Shown here: piece after piece, positions 20,516 through 30,236 of the stretch
How positions within the stretch are numbered: position 1 is the stretch's first letter
How the letters are laid out: the number at the start of each line of letters is the position of its first letter
Source: a virus
Taxonomy: Duplodnaviria; Caudoviricetes
Strand: one strand, 5' to 3'
IMG/VR virus record: IMGVR_UViG_3300046000_006960
Location: 1-53,760 of that record
Length of the DNA: 53,760 bases
Notes under the pieces: model-generated
Database searches by the model: none
What the model saw: the letters and a program-made list of their open reading frames with translations, nothing else
What the model was told of the DNA's origin: nothing
Program-made: the position numbers and the translations under genes

Positions 20516-20899
20516 TTAATTATTTATCAGTATGTAAATTATTGCCCCCAATATACCTCCATAAGCACCAGCATGTACGTCACACCAGTCAAACTTAGCT
20601 TTCCCTGTATCTTCTAAATACCCTTCTCTTATGATATTTACAAGATAACCAATTACCCATCCACATAGTATTTGAAACCAAATAGGTGTATCTACTAAGT
20701 GCATATTAACACACATAAATCTTATTACTACAAAAGATATAGCAATGGATATAAAAAAATGTAAGTAGTGTCTTTGTTTAAAAAAGTTTTCGCCAAACAC
20801 TTTTGGTATAGCTGTAAAGCCTCCTGACAAGAATTTTAAAAATCCTGGTACTGCTGAAAAATCTGGTATTAGATCTTGTAAAATTTGTTTTAGTTTCAT
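20516..20899 (-). CDS. Multi-pass membrane protein (holin candidate)
   Basis: About three hydrophobic helices. Confidence 0.5.
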   Translation of the reverse strand: MKLKQILQDLIPDFSAVPGFLKFLSGGFTAIPKVFGENFFKQRHYLHFFISIAISFVVIRFMCVNMHLVDTPIWFQILCGWVIGYLVNIIREGYLEDTGKAKFDWCDVHAGAYGGILGAIIYILINN

Positions 20900-21243
20900 A
20901 AGTTGTTATTTATTGAGTTTTTACAGTGATCTTTATCTATAAAGTCTAAAATACTACATAATATTTTTCCTGTTTTTGTTAATGTATTATCTCTTTGGTT
21001 TTTTCCTAATACTGAGGATATTGTTTCTCCTATTGTTCCAAACTGATAACCTTGTTTGGTTATTAATAATTTATTCCAAGTAGCTCTAAACTCTCTATTT
21101 GCAAAAACATCTATGTTTCTTGCAGTGCTTTTAAAATATCCTTTTTTAACATTAACTACAAAATAATTTATAAGTGTTATTGGTAGTAAAAGTATATAAG
21201 CTAATATAAATAGTATAAAATTCATTTTATATGTTTGATGCAC
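20896..21243 (-). CDS. Conserved phage membrane-anchored protein
   Basis: N-terminal TM, FGTIGETISSVLGKN and LDFIDKDHC motifs. Confidence 0.55.
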   Translation of the reverse strand: MHQTYKMNFILFILAYILLLPITLINYFVVNVKKGYFKSTARNIDVFANREFRATWNKLLITKQGYQFGTIGETISSVLGKNQRDNTLTKTGKILCSILDFIDKDHCKNSINNNL

Positions 21244-21667
21244 TTATAAATATATTGTCCAAATCTAAACTTGTTAATCCTAGTTGTGTAGCAAGGTTTA
21301 TAAGAAGTTGATTATTTCTTTCAAATAAAGTTGCATCATTCCAAGATATTGATGTTAATGAACGTTGAGGTTCTGGTAGTTGATTTATAGCATTATCAAT
21401 CAATGTTAAATCAAATCCACTTATTGTTAATTGGAGTTTTAACTGAAGTTTTGTTACTGTTTCAGGAACTAGACTTTTACTGTATTCATCAATTTCTTCT
21501 TGCGTAGCTCCCTCATAATATTCTCTTGTATCAAAATTAAAATAAGGTTTTAAACACCAGAATGTTCTTATTTCTGTAACAAGAGTTTCTGTTGGTAAAC
21601 ATTCATTAGAAGCTGTACCATATAATTCTCTACCTGTAGCTGTTTCTATTACTCTTTTTATCTCCAT
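21227..21667 (-). CDS. Putative tail-fibre assembly/chaperone protein
   Basis: VPETVTKLQLKLQL...WNDATLFER...LGLTSLDLDNIF. Directly downstream of the fibre gene. Confidence 0.55.
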   Translation of the reverse strand: MEIKRVIETATGRELYGTASNECLPTETLVTEIRTFWCLKPYFNFDTREYYEGATQEEIDEYSKSLVPETVTKLQLKLQLTISGFDLTLIDNAINQLPEPQRSLTSISWNDATLFERNNQLLINLATQLGLTSLDLDNIFISASNI

Positions 21668-21671
21668 TATT

Positions 21672-24170
21672 TTAATTTGTTATACTTGCTAATTGAAATG
21701 TAATTGAGTCTGTTATTGATACAAATTGTATTGTAAAAAAAACATACAAATCTGATGCTGTATTATATACAACAGAACCTCCTACTGTATTGGTTGCTGC
21801 TATATCAAAAGCAACAGAACTATTTACATTATAAGTATAAAGATTACCTCCTGCTAAATTAGGGGTTCTACTCATATAACCATAAGTAGCTGCTGCTGTT
21901 AATTGCAATATTGCTATTTGTGTAGCGGTAGCTGGATTATTTACAGTGTTTATTTTAACTCTCATATTAGCTACTGATAATGATCCTTTAGTTGTTTTAT
22001 ACAATAAGTTTAATATATCATTAGTATTAAATGTATTTGCTGGAATCGTTGTTTGTGCAACTACTGTTTCTGTAGTACCTATGACTGACCCTAAATATGT
22101 AGCTTGAGTTGAGTTTAACCACTTAAATGGTGTATAACTTAAGGCATTTTGTTTTAAAGCTAAAGCATCAAAAACAGAATTTTGACTTGGAGCTTTATCT
22201 ATAACACCATCAGTTATACTATCTTCAATTATAGTTTTGTTCTTCCATAAAGAAGTTGATGACTCAAAAATTACTGCTTGTCCATTAGTAGGAGTATTTG
22301 TAATCAAATCTACATCGTGTATTTCTTTTAATTCAAATCCATTCTGTACTTTAACAAATATCTCACCATTTCCTGCACTTACTTTAGTAACTATTCCTAT
22401 GAATACTAAATGAGCTGGAGCATAAGGTTTATTTATAAGTCCATATATTAAAGCACCATTTACGCCTAACCATACAGGATCTCCTGCTGTTGTACCTGCA
22501 GTATTTAATCCTCCAAGTAAACCTTCTGTAACTACAAAACCTGTTTGTGTTCCACCAGTAGTTGTAATGTCAGATTGCATAAGACCCATAGTCTTACTTG
22601 ATGTAGCTTCATAGGTATTACTTGCTTTTCCAACAAGCATATTTGTGCCATTACTACTTGTAACATATACTGCAGTTCCTTTAGTTATTAGACCTACACC
22701 ATTATTCTTTACAGTATGTTTTACTACTGAAGTCCAATCAGCATAATTCTCTTGCCAAGTAGCATTATAATCAGTAGCATCTACTTTTGTAAGTATTTGC
22801 CCTGCTGTTCCTCCTGCAGGAAGTCCTCCTCCTGTAGGTATATCATCTATAGTTGCTAACGTATAAGTGCCAGAGGTCGATTTTACTGGAAGTTGAAATA
22901 TTGTGTCGGCAACAGTTTGAGAAGCATTAGATTGTAACTTTTGCTCAGCTACAGAACTAACGCCATTTCTTAAATACAATCCGTCTTGTTTAATTATTAA
23001 TCTTGGATTAAAAGATATCGCATAAGACGCTAATGTAATAGTGTTTCCTGCTAAAGCAGTATATTTACCTAAAGGTGTATTATTTATTGCTAAAATATTA
23101 TTTAATGAATTACCTCCAGTAGCATTATCTAAATTAGAAAGTCCAGGCACGACCCACGAATTATTAAATCTTGAGTAATATTTAGAATCATTAGGCGCAT
23201 CAGATATTCCAGGAGAAGGTATGTCAGAAATTAAAGCAAAAGTACCTCCATTAACAGGAAAATAATAATTATTGTTATGAGATGTATCGTCTAATAAAAG
23301 ATTTATTCTTTTATATCCAAAATTACCATCTTTAATTAATTCAAAACCAGACGGAGAAACTATTAATTCTGAATAATTTAATAATGAACTAGTTTGAGAA
23401 CTTAATGATATTCTATCTGCGGTAACTCCTAATTGGGAAACATAATCAAGATTTAAAGCAGTTTGTGAAATATTGTTGTATTGAATGTTAAAACTAGTTT
23501 TATTGTTGGGGTCTGAAGTGTTTTGTCTTTCAATTTGAAAACTACTAACCGTGCTCCAATTATGACCTCCATCAAACCAATTTTCAAACCCATCATCTTG
23601 CAATAAAAAATAAGTTCCAGTCCCGCTACCACCAGTTCCTATTTGTATGTCATTAGTTGTAATGTAACCATTGTCTGTAACATCTTGTAATGTATAGCTA
23701 GGTACAGATGTTATATATCCTGCTGGATTACTGGATAAAGGGTAATAATTATCACTTACCCAAGATTGACTAGCATAATTATTACTCACCCAAGATTCAG
23801 TAGCATATCCAGTTAAAGAAGGTATGTCTGAAGTTAAAGCTATAGTTCCTGACAAGCCAGGTAAGCTCCAACCAACTGCAGGCCCACTGTAAGATAATGT
23901 CCCAGAGTTAAGTTGTAATCCATAAGGAGAAAGTACACTTTGATTTCCAGCAAAATCATCTAAAATTAATCCTACATATGGCATATATTGAAGGTTATAA
24001 TTTGTATCAAAATTATCACTGATTCCAAAACTATAACCATCAGCATAAAAATTACCAGCTATAATTGATCCTACAGTTATTCCATTTGTAGTAATATTAC
24101 CATTATCAGTAACTTCTTGAAGATTTAAAGCTGAGCCATAATTTCCTAATGAATTATCTATGTCTGCCAT
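21672..24170 (-). CDS. Tail fibre/receptor-binding protein
   Basis: 832 aa, G/T/S/N-rich. Repeats LQ[ED]VTDNGxITTN and GT[IF]ALxSDIP, plus GGTAGQILTK. Confidence 0.75.
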   Translation of the reverse strand: MADIDNSLGNYGSALNLQEVTDNGNITTNGITVGSIIAGNFYADGYSFGISDNFDTNYNLQYMPYVGLILDDFAGNQSVLSPYGLQLNSGTLSYSGPAVGWSLPGLSGTIALTSDIPSLTGYATESWVSNNYASQSWVSDNYYPLSSNPAGYITSVPSYTLQDVTDNGYITTNDIQIGTGGSGTGTYFLLQDDGFENWFDGGHNWSTVSSFQIERQNTSDPNNKTSFNIQYNNISQTALNLDYVSQLGVTADRISLSSQTSSLLNYSELIVSPSGFELIKDGNFGYKRINLLLDDTSHNNNYYFPVNGGTFALISDIPSPGISDAPNDSKYYSRFNNSWVVPGLSNLDNATGGNSLNNILAINNTPLGKYTALAGNTITLASYAISFNPRLIIKQDGLYLRNGVSSVAEQKLQSNASQTVADTIFQLPVKSTSGTYTLATIDDIPTGGGLPAGGTAGQILTKVDATDYNATWQENYADWTSVVKHTVKNNGVGLITKGTAVYVTSSNGTNMLVGKASNTYEATSSKTMGLMQSDITTTGGTQTGFVVTEGLLGGLNTAGTTAGDPVWLGVNGALIYGLINKPYAPAHLVFIGIVTKVSAGNGEIFVKVQNGFELKEIHDVDLITNTPTNGQAVIFESSTSLWKNKTIIEDSITDGVIDKAPSQNSVFDALALKQNALSYTPFKWLNSTQATYLGSVIGTTETVVAQTTIPANTFNTNDILNLLYKTTKGSLSVANMRVKINTVNNPATATQIAILQLTAAATYGYMSRTPNLAGGNLYTYNVNSSVAFDIAATNTVGGSVVYNTASDLYVFFTIQFVSITDSITFQLASITN

Positions 24171-24568
24171 TACAATGTAGGTATTAAATATTCAACTACA
24201 ACCGTTGCTCCAGCTTTAACTTTAAATGAAAAAGATGTTTGATTAAGAGTTGTTACTGTATTGTTAAGTACAGATCCTTTTGGATAACTAACTGTTATTG
24301 AATTTATAGTTTGAGTAATTGATCCATTTGTAACCATTACAGATATAGAATGAAACGTATTTATTGGGTATGTTACAACTTGGTCTGAAACTGGTTGATA
24401 CACTTCTTGAATCATTGTATCATAACGAGCTCCTCCATTTGCGCAAGTATTAACTGCAGCAACTAATTCAGTAAGTTTTCTTAAATCTTCATTTTTTATT
24501 TTATTACAGTCTTGAAATGCAATTAACAATTCATTCACTGTTTGTGATATTTCATTACACTGTATCAT
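24170..24568 (-). CDS. Putative virion fibre-associated protein
   Basis: 132 aa ORF coupled to the fibre gene. Confidence 0.5.
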   Translation of the reverse strand: MIQCNEISQTVNELLIAFQDCNKIKNEDLRKLTELVAAVNTCANGGARYDTMIQEVYQPVSDQVVTYPINTFHSISVMVTNGSITQTINSITVSYPKGSVLNNTVTTLNQTSFSFKVKAGATVVVEYLIPTL

Positions 24569-24580
24569 ATTTTATTTAAA

Positions 24581-24892
24581 TTAAACACATGGTCCATCAT
24601 ATGTTATTGTTAACGCTGGTATTACTGAAGGAGCAATTCTATATACACTTCCTTGTATTGCACAGATATAACCTTCTAATGATATTTCAAAAGGACATTG
24701 ATTTCCCGGCTCTGGATTAATTGGCATATAGGCAATAATACTTTGCAAGTCGCCATTACAATCTGTGTATCCAAAAGTAGCATCATATCCGCCAAGACCT
24801 TTAAATGTTCCTCCAGGAACCATAACGCAATCTCCAACAAAAGGAACTACATCTTGTTCTGTTCTTAGTATATTTTTTTTAAAAGATCTCAT
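24581..24892 (-). CDS. Hypothetical Cys-containing structural protein
   Basis: 103 aa with YTDCNG and a C-terminal GPC. Confidence 0.5.
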   Translation of the reverse strand: MRSFKKNILRTEQDVVPFVGDCVMVPGGTFKGLGGYDATFGYTDCNGDLQSIIAYMPINPEPGNQCPFEISLEGYICAIQGSVYRIAPSVIPALTITYDGPCV

Positions 24893-24894
24893 TA

Positions 24895-25689
24895 TTAAAC
24901 TTTCGTATTACCTAATAAAAACCAATTAGGATTGTTTAATTCTTTTTCAAGCATTACTTGATAATTTACTCCTTTTATTTTATAACCTACAGGAGTATAC
25001 AATGTATCGCTTCCTGTAGAAACAAATGTTACGGTGCCAGATCCTTTTTGAATAAATCCTATAGACAAACTATCTGACAATCCAGACGGAACAGATATAG
25101 TAACGTTGTTTGTTGAATTATTTATAAATATAGTATAGTTATTATCGGCATTTGTTATTGTATAATTAGTAGTAACTGTAATAATTTTTTGTAAATTATT
25201 TGCAGTAGCATCTGTGCCATTAGTTCCATTAGTTCCATTAGAACCATTGGTTACTGTATATGTCTGAGTAGTTGAATCAGTGTATGTTATTCTGTATGTA
25301 TCAACTAGTCCTACTGTACTTATTTTTACAATAGAAGTTATTCCTTTCCCTGGAGGACCAGTAAGTCCTTGCGGCCCAGTAAGATTTACTATGAAAAAAT
25401 TAAATGATTTGCCAGAATAATCTATTCCATTGCAAATAACTCCAGATGGATAAGTAAAGTCACTAACAACTAATCCAGTATCCTCCTGTCCAACAGGAAC
25501 TTCTTTCCACTCATACACTGTTCTTTCTTCTTGACAGAATATTCTTAATCCATCATAATACGTATAAGCTAAATTATCATTCAATCCTAAATCAGCCAAT
25601 GTAGCTTCATTTAAACAATAAGCCTTATAATCTAATGGTATTTGTGATGTTATATTTAACCCTGTCGGTATGTTTGAAAAATTTGACAT
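24895..25689 (-). CDS. Fibre-like structural protein with a short collagen segment
   Basis: GPQGLTGPPG, NGSNGTNGTNGT and a C-terminal beta domain (YTITNADNN...IQKGSGTVTF). Confidence 0.6.
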   Translation of the reverse strand: MSNFSNIPTGLNITSQIPLDYKAYCLNEATLADLGLNDNLAYTYYDGLRIFCQEERTVYEWKEVPVGQEDTGLVVSDFTYPSGVICNGIDYSGKSFNFFIVNLTGPQGLTGPPGKGITSIVKISTVGLVDTYRITYTDSTTQTYTVTNGSNGTNGTNGTDATANNLQKIITVTTNYTITNADNNYTIFINNSTNNVTISVPSGLSDSLSIGFIQKGSGTVTFVSTGSDTLYTPVGYKIKGVNYQVMLEKELNNPNWFLLGNTKV

Positions 25690-25691
25690 TA

Positions 25692-26180
25692 TTAATTTTT
25701 TACTATTATTTGAAATGAAGTTCTGGCTAGAAATGAATCAGATGGTGTATTTCCAGGAACGCTTATGCTATATACTGAAAACCAGTAGGTTCCAACTCCA
25801 TCAGTCCCAATTGTCATTTCATTTCTACTTGACACCGGGTTGTTTCCAGATCCTACTAAATAAAATGATTTTGTTAAATAGTCTGAAGAAGTTAACCCAG
25901 CTATAGATATACTGTATATACCCGTAGCAGTTCTTGCCATTGTTATTGCTCCAGAGAAATCATTTTTAAAAATTGTCATTGTCGGAGCGGACGTTCCTGA
26001 TTGATCTAAAAATCCTCTCAATTCTCGAACCCCTCCGGTAGATACCGTAGCCACTTGTTGATCAACATAGTCAACCAAAGCTTTCATATCGTTACCTAAA
26101 GTGACATTACTTAAGCTTTTTACTAAAGTTTTATTGGTAACATCTGTATCTATTTGTGTTTTTAATTGTGTATTAGTCAT
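25692..26180 (-). CDS. Putative fibre/structural protein
   Basis: 162 aa with LDQSGTSAPT...RTATGIYSI. Confidence 0.5.
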   Translation of the reverse strand: MTNTQLKTQIDTDVTNKTLVKSLSNVTLGNDMKALVDYVDQQVATVSTGGVRELRGFLDQSGTSAPTMTIFKNDFSGAITMARTATGIYSISIAGLTSSDYLTKSFYLVGSGNNPVSSRNEMTIGTDGVGTYWFSVYSISVPGNTPSDSFLARTSFQIIVKN

Positions 26181-26884
26181 TAGTTAAATATATCGTTAAA
26201 TGTGTCGTTAAAAATTCCAGTGTCAAAAATATTGTTTGTTTTTTTAATTTTAAAAAATATATTTCCATGGCTATATACATTCTTAGAAACAAACAACATT
26301 GTTTTTATTGAGTGAATATAAGCAATATCAAAAGTGTTAGTTACGTCGTTGTTAAGTACATCATATATTTTATACTCTTCAGTATCTAATGCCTCTGTGA
26401 TTGAAAAACAAATTCTGCCTATATTGGTATATTCTATTGTTTTGCCTATAACAAAATTTTCTTTTGTATCGTATTTCTTATTTAAAAAATAACCACTATT
26501 AGTAATTAAACTTAATATATTATATATTGTTGTATTTAAACTACTTTCTTGCCAATAATGAATTTTATTTGTCATCGTGTAATCATTACAGTCAGCTGAT
26601 TCAGCTTGCGTAAATTGAGACATAACTGGCGCAATATATCCTTGTATATGTGATACCGGACATATGTATTCTGTATTAAAATAAAAATGTCTATACAGTT
26701 CCATCAGCGTTCTTCTCTGATTGTGAGTTAATTCAATACAACATCCGTTTAGCAATTTAAATATAATATTTAATACATATAAATCTATTGATTTTAATTT
26801 ACCATTTACCCTTCCTAAATTATATATTTTATCTAAAGAACTAATTAATACAGACGTGTTATTTAATTCGTTAATTTCTAGCAT
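26180..26884 (-). CDS. Putative tail hub protein
   Basis: 234 aa ending in IFNDTFNDIFN. Gene order as in crAss-like phages. Confidence 0.45.
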   Translation of the reverse strand: MLEINELNNTSVLISSLDKIYNLGRVNGKLKSIDLYVLNIIFKLLNGCCIELTHNQRRTLMELYRHFYFNTEYICPVSHIQGYIAPVMSQFTQAESADCNDYTMTNKIHYWQESSLNTTIYNILSLITNSGYFLNKKYDTKENFVIGKTIEYTNIGRICFSITEALDTEEYKIYDVLNNDVTNTFDIAYIHSIKTMLFVSKNVYSHGNIFFKIKKTNNIFDTGIFNDTFNDIFN

Positions 26885-26886
26885 GT

Positions 26887-27453
26887 TTAAGATTGTATGA
26901 ATTGACTACAGTTGTTACAAGTAACTGTATTACAGTTTGTACATTGATGTAGTGAACATAGTTTTTTTAATTTATGAACATTTGATATTGCTTGTAAATA
27001 AAAGCCTAGTTCAATTGAGGTTTTTACTGAGTCTATTAAAAGACTTATTGTTACAAGTAAATTTTTATTAGTTAAGTCTTTACAGCTTATAATATCTTTT
27101 TTAGATAAATAATCTAACATACAAGCATAATAAGGTAAAAGACTATATGTGATTCCAAGAGCAGGTATTAAGCAAGTGCTACATGTTTCTTCAGGAGCAT
27201 CGCTTTCTACTTCAATGAAGTATATATCTTCAAATTTTAATATACCTAATTCATTAGCTGAAACAATAAATACTTCTTTATTATTAATAGCCTCTATTTT
27301 ATATCCTAAATTTGTAGCTAAAGTATAGTCCTTAAAAGAATCCATATTCCATAATAAAATAGAAGTTATATTATAACCTGTAGTTGTTTCGACATCAATA
27401 GCTAATTGACTTCCGTCATTTATTATTTCAAAATTATTTATAGTTATCGCCAT
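26887..27453 (-). CDS. Putative tail hub protein, Cys-rich C-terminus
   Basis: 188 aa, C-terminal CxxCxxxxCxxC. Follows the auxiliary capsid gene. Confidence 0.5.
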   Translation of the reverse strand: MAITINNFEIINDGSQLAIDVETTTGYNITSILLWNMDSFKDYTLATNLGYKIEAINNKEVFIVSANELGILKFEDIYFIEVESDAPEETCSTCLIPALGITYSLLPYYACMLDYLSKKDIISCKDLTNKNLLVTISLLIDSVKTSIELGFYLQAISNVHKLKKLCSLHQCTNCNTVTCNNCSQFIQS

Positions 27454-27465
27454 ATTTTTTTATAT

Positions 27466-27501
27466 AAAAAAAAGGGAAGCAAGTTTTCACTTAACTTCCC
27501 T
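27466..27501 (-). terminator. Intrinsic terminator after the auxiliary capsid gene
   Basis: AGGGAAG...CTTCCCT followed by a T run. Confidence 0.7.
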
Positions 27502-27519
27502 CATTTATTAGGTTATTTA

Positions 27520-28527
27520 TTATACTACTGCTAAGTTAGCAGGAACAACCGCATAAGATCCAACAGCAGTTCTAATACTAGTTAAAATAGTGTTAGTTGC
27601 AGCGTTGTTAGCTAATGTATCGGTCACTTTGTCAATCATGATTGTAAGAACTTTGTATTGTCTTTCAACAGAAGTTGCTTTACGAGGAGTATAGTAAACT
27701 ATATTCAAAGTATTGTAAACTCCAGTTGGAGAAGCATAATATGGAGTTGAGAAATCAGCAGGATAACCAGTTTGTCTGTAAACCTCATATTTATATCCTT
27801 TAGTAAACCATTCGTAATTGATAGCATGTTTTGCAGTACCACTTCCTGGATTTGGAGCAGTAGTTAAAGCTACTGTAACCAATCCTGTATTTTGAGTAAT
27901 CAATGTTACATCAAATGCATTTGAGTAAGATTTACCTAAAACATCAAATTCAATTTGTTTTCCTATAATTTTACCAGGAACAACTTTTTGAAATTTACCT
28001 TCAATAGTAAAAGTTGAAGCTCCTGTAGAAACTACAGCTAATTCAAAGTTTCCTCTTTTCATTAAGTTTTTTTGTAAAGAAGCAACTAAGCCGTCTTTTA
28101 CTTGTGTGGCAGTTTCTGATGCTGCACCAGTTACATAAAAACCTTGAATGATTGCAAAATTCTCAGGAGATAAAGATCCACCGTCGTTATACAATCTAAC
28201 TTCAATTTCGTAAGTAGTATTAGTAGTTGGAGATCCAACTGTACAAGTTACTTTCTTTTGAGTTTCAGCAAGATAAGTTCCTAATGTCACTTTCTCTACA
28301 TATCTAGGGTCTACTACATCAGAAAATTCATAGTTTAATCCTTTTGTAGAATCACCTGCAGTTTTTTGAACTACTTTAAAAGGTACATTGGCAGCAGCGG
28401 CAGTACCTGATTCACTTAAAACTTTAAGTGCTTTGTCAGCAGCATTTGCAATAAATCCTTGAATAGTTGTTTCAGTTGATGCTGAATTACCAATAAGTAA
28501 TTCGCCGACTTGATTTGGTCCAAACAT
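27520..28527 (-). CDS. Auxiliary capsid/structural protein (crAss-type)
   Basis: 335 aa, MFGPNQVGEL..., YEWFTKGYKYEVYRQTGYP. Followed by a terminator. Confidence 0.65.
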   Translation of the reverse strand: MFGPNQVGELLIGNSASTETTIQGFIANAADKALKVLSESGTAAAANVPFKVVQKTAGDSTKGLNYEFSDVVDPRYVEKVTLGTYLAETQKKVTCTVGSPTTNTTYEIEVRLYNDGGSLSPENFAIIQGFYVTGAASETATQVKDGLVASLQKNLMKRGNFELAVVSTGASTFTIEGKFQKVVPGKIIGKQIEFDVLGKSYSNAFDVTLITQNTGLVTVALTTAPNPGSGTAKHAINYEWFTKGYKYEVYRQTGYPADFSTPYYASPTGVYNTLNIVYYTPRKATSVERQYKVLTIMIDKVTDTLANNAATNTILTSIRTAVGSYAVVPANLAVV

Positions 28528-28559
28528 AATTTATTTATTTAATTTATTAATTTATTAAT

Positions 28560-29297
28560 TTATTCATTTCTTGTATCTAACTGAATTTTTGATTCTAAGT
28601 TAGAAGGTTTGTAATCTCTTAATGCAATCTCAATAGCTCTATCTAAAATTTCTCTATGAATTTCTTCATTAAGCATACAAGTTTGTTCTGCCGTCTGACC
28701 GTCTATAGATAACCCTTCAGAAGGAAAGGATGTTAATAGATTTGAAATAATTATAGGAGAAGGATATTTTATGTATCTACATTGATATTCTGTAATATTA
28801 TATGCACTTATAAGTTCAACAACTTTATCAGCCCCAATAGTAGAATAATCTATTCTCCAAACATGTTTTTCATCAGGTCTTTTAAACGGATTTTTTATTT
28901 GTGTATTAAACTCATCATGAGTTTTAACATAAACACTTATATTTGTATTATTAAGACAATCAGTCGAGGAGACTTTTACAGACTCATATACTGGTAAAAA
29001 TACATTATTAGGTATTTTAAATATTTGAGAGGAAGGAATAATCTTGTTTGCAGAAGTTATTTTTGTGGTAGATTTATTATCTACTAAAAGTTCTTTTAAA
29101 TCAACTCTTCTTTTTTCAGTACCCTCAAATCCTTTTTTATATTTGTTTCCTAATGGATTGTAATAATCTTTTATAATTTCTAATTGAGCTTTAGTCAAGT
29201 AAACTGATAACTCATAATCATCAATAGATGGAGCTGAGTTACTAGCAATCGCATTGTAGTGGATATTAAACTCGTTTTTAAACTCTTTTGTAGTCAT
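28560..29297 (-). CDS. Ring/adaptor structural protein
   Basis: EFNIHYNAIASNSAP..DDYELSVYLTKAQ, GFEGTEKRRVDL, HREILDRAI. Confidence 0.65.
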   Translation of the reverse strand: MTTKEFKNEFNIHYNAIASNSAPSIDDYELSVYLTKAQLEIIKDYYNPLGNKYKKGFEGTEKRRVDLKELLVDNKSTTKITSANKIIPSSQIFKIPNNVFLPVYESVKVSSTDCLNNTNISVYVKTHDEFNTQIKNPFKRPDEKHVWRIDYSTIGADKVVELISAYNITEYQCRYIKYPSPIIISNLLTSFPSEGLSIDGQTAEQTCMLNEEIHREILDRAIEIALRDYKPSNLESKIQLDTRNE

Positions 29298-30160
29298 TAT
29301 TTATTGTTTAAAGTTTTAGCTTCAATAAAAGATCTAACTTCTTGATGTTTTGGATTATCTAAATATGTAACTGCATTTTCAAATGTAGCTATCTGTCCAT
29401 TTTCACATAAATCTAAACCATCAGATGTTTTATATTTATTTCCAGCTTTAACAATTATTTTTTTGTCAATAGCATCTTGAATAAGAAGTTTGGTATCTAG
29501 TGACTTATCTTTAATCAAAGAAACAAATAATTCTGGTTTACTATCTAAGTATTCTTCTACTTTTGTTTGTAACCACGCTAATCCTGAATCAGCAGATATA
29601 GGTTTATTTGTTAATAAACTCAATATACCAATAAGCTTAGCTTTATCGTCTTCAATTTTTCCGTAAAGTTTAAATGCTTCTTTCTTGTTATCAAAACCAA
29701 CTTTCTTTTCATTAAGTTCTTCATCTCCAGAAGTAATTACAAACTGGTATGTTTGTTTTTTATTTCTATCAGACCAAGTTTGAGCAACATCATCTTTTAA
29801 GTTTAATAATATCTTATATGAAATATAATCCATAGGATTACTTAAATCAAAAGTATTATCGTCTTTAAATAATGCTACAAAATGATTTTGCCAAAATTCA
29901 CCATATACTGATAAATCTAATCCAGTTAAATCCTCTATAGTTGTTTTTTCTTCTTTTGTCAAAACGTTAGCTAATGAGCCATTTCTTAACATTGGACATT
30001 GGAATCTTTTAACAGACCCAGATAGCATTCCTCCAGATATAACATGATCTTCAGATACATGTGATGCCATTCCTTTTTTTCTATGAATATATTTAACTTT
30101 AATTACCTCACTTGGTAAAGAAAAGTTTGATAAAATTTCTTCTTTAATCTCTTTTCCCAT
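29297..30160 (-). CDS. Conserved crAss-type head-module protein downstream of the major capsid gene
   Basis: 287 aa with FDLSNPMDYISYKIL. Position matches the conserved gene after MCP. Confidence 0.6.
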   Translation of the reverse strand: MGKEIKEEILSNFSLPSEVIKVKYIHRKKGMASHVSEDHVISGGMLSGSVKRFQCPMLRNGSLANVLTKEEKTTIEDLTGLDLSVYGEFWQNHFVALFKDDNTFDLSNPMDYISYKILLNLKDDVAQTWSDRNKKQTYQFVITSGDEELNEKKVGFDNKKEAFKLYGKIEDDKAKLIGILSLLTNKPISADSGLAWLQTKVEEYLDSKPELFVSLIKDKSLDTKLLIQDAIDKKIIVKAGNKYKTSDGLDLCENGQIATFENAVTYLDNPKHQEVRSFIEAKTLNNK

Positions 30161-30183
30161 TTTAATTCTCCCTATTAAATTTT

Positions 30184-30217
30184 AAAAAAAAGAGGTGTTT
30201 TTTTTGGCACACCTCTT
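30184..30217 (-). terminator. Intrinsic terminator after the major capsid gene
   Basis: AAGAGGTGT...ACACCTCTTTTTTTT. Confidence 0.75.
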
Positions 30218-30236
30218 AAAAGCCTATCTAATTCTA

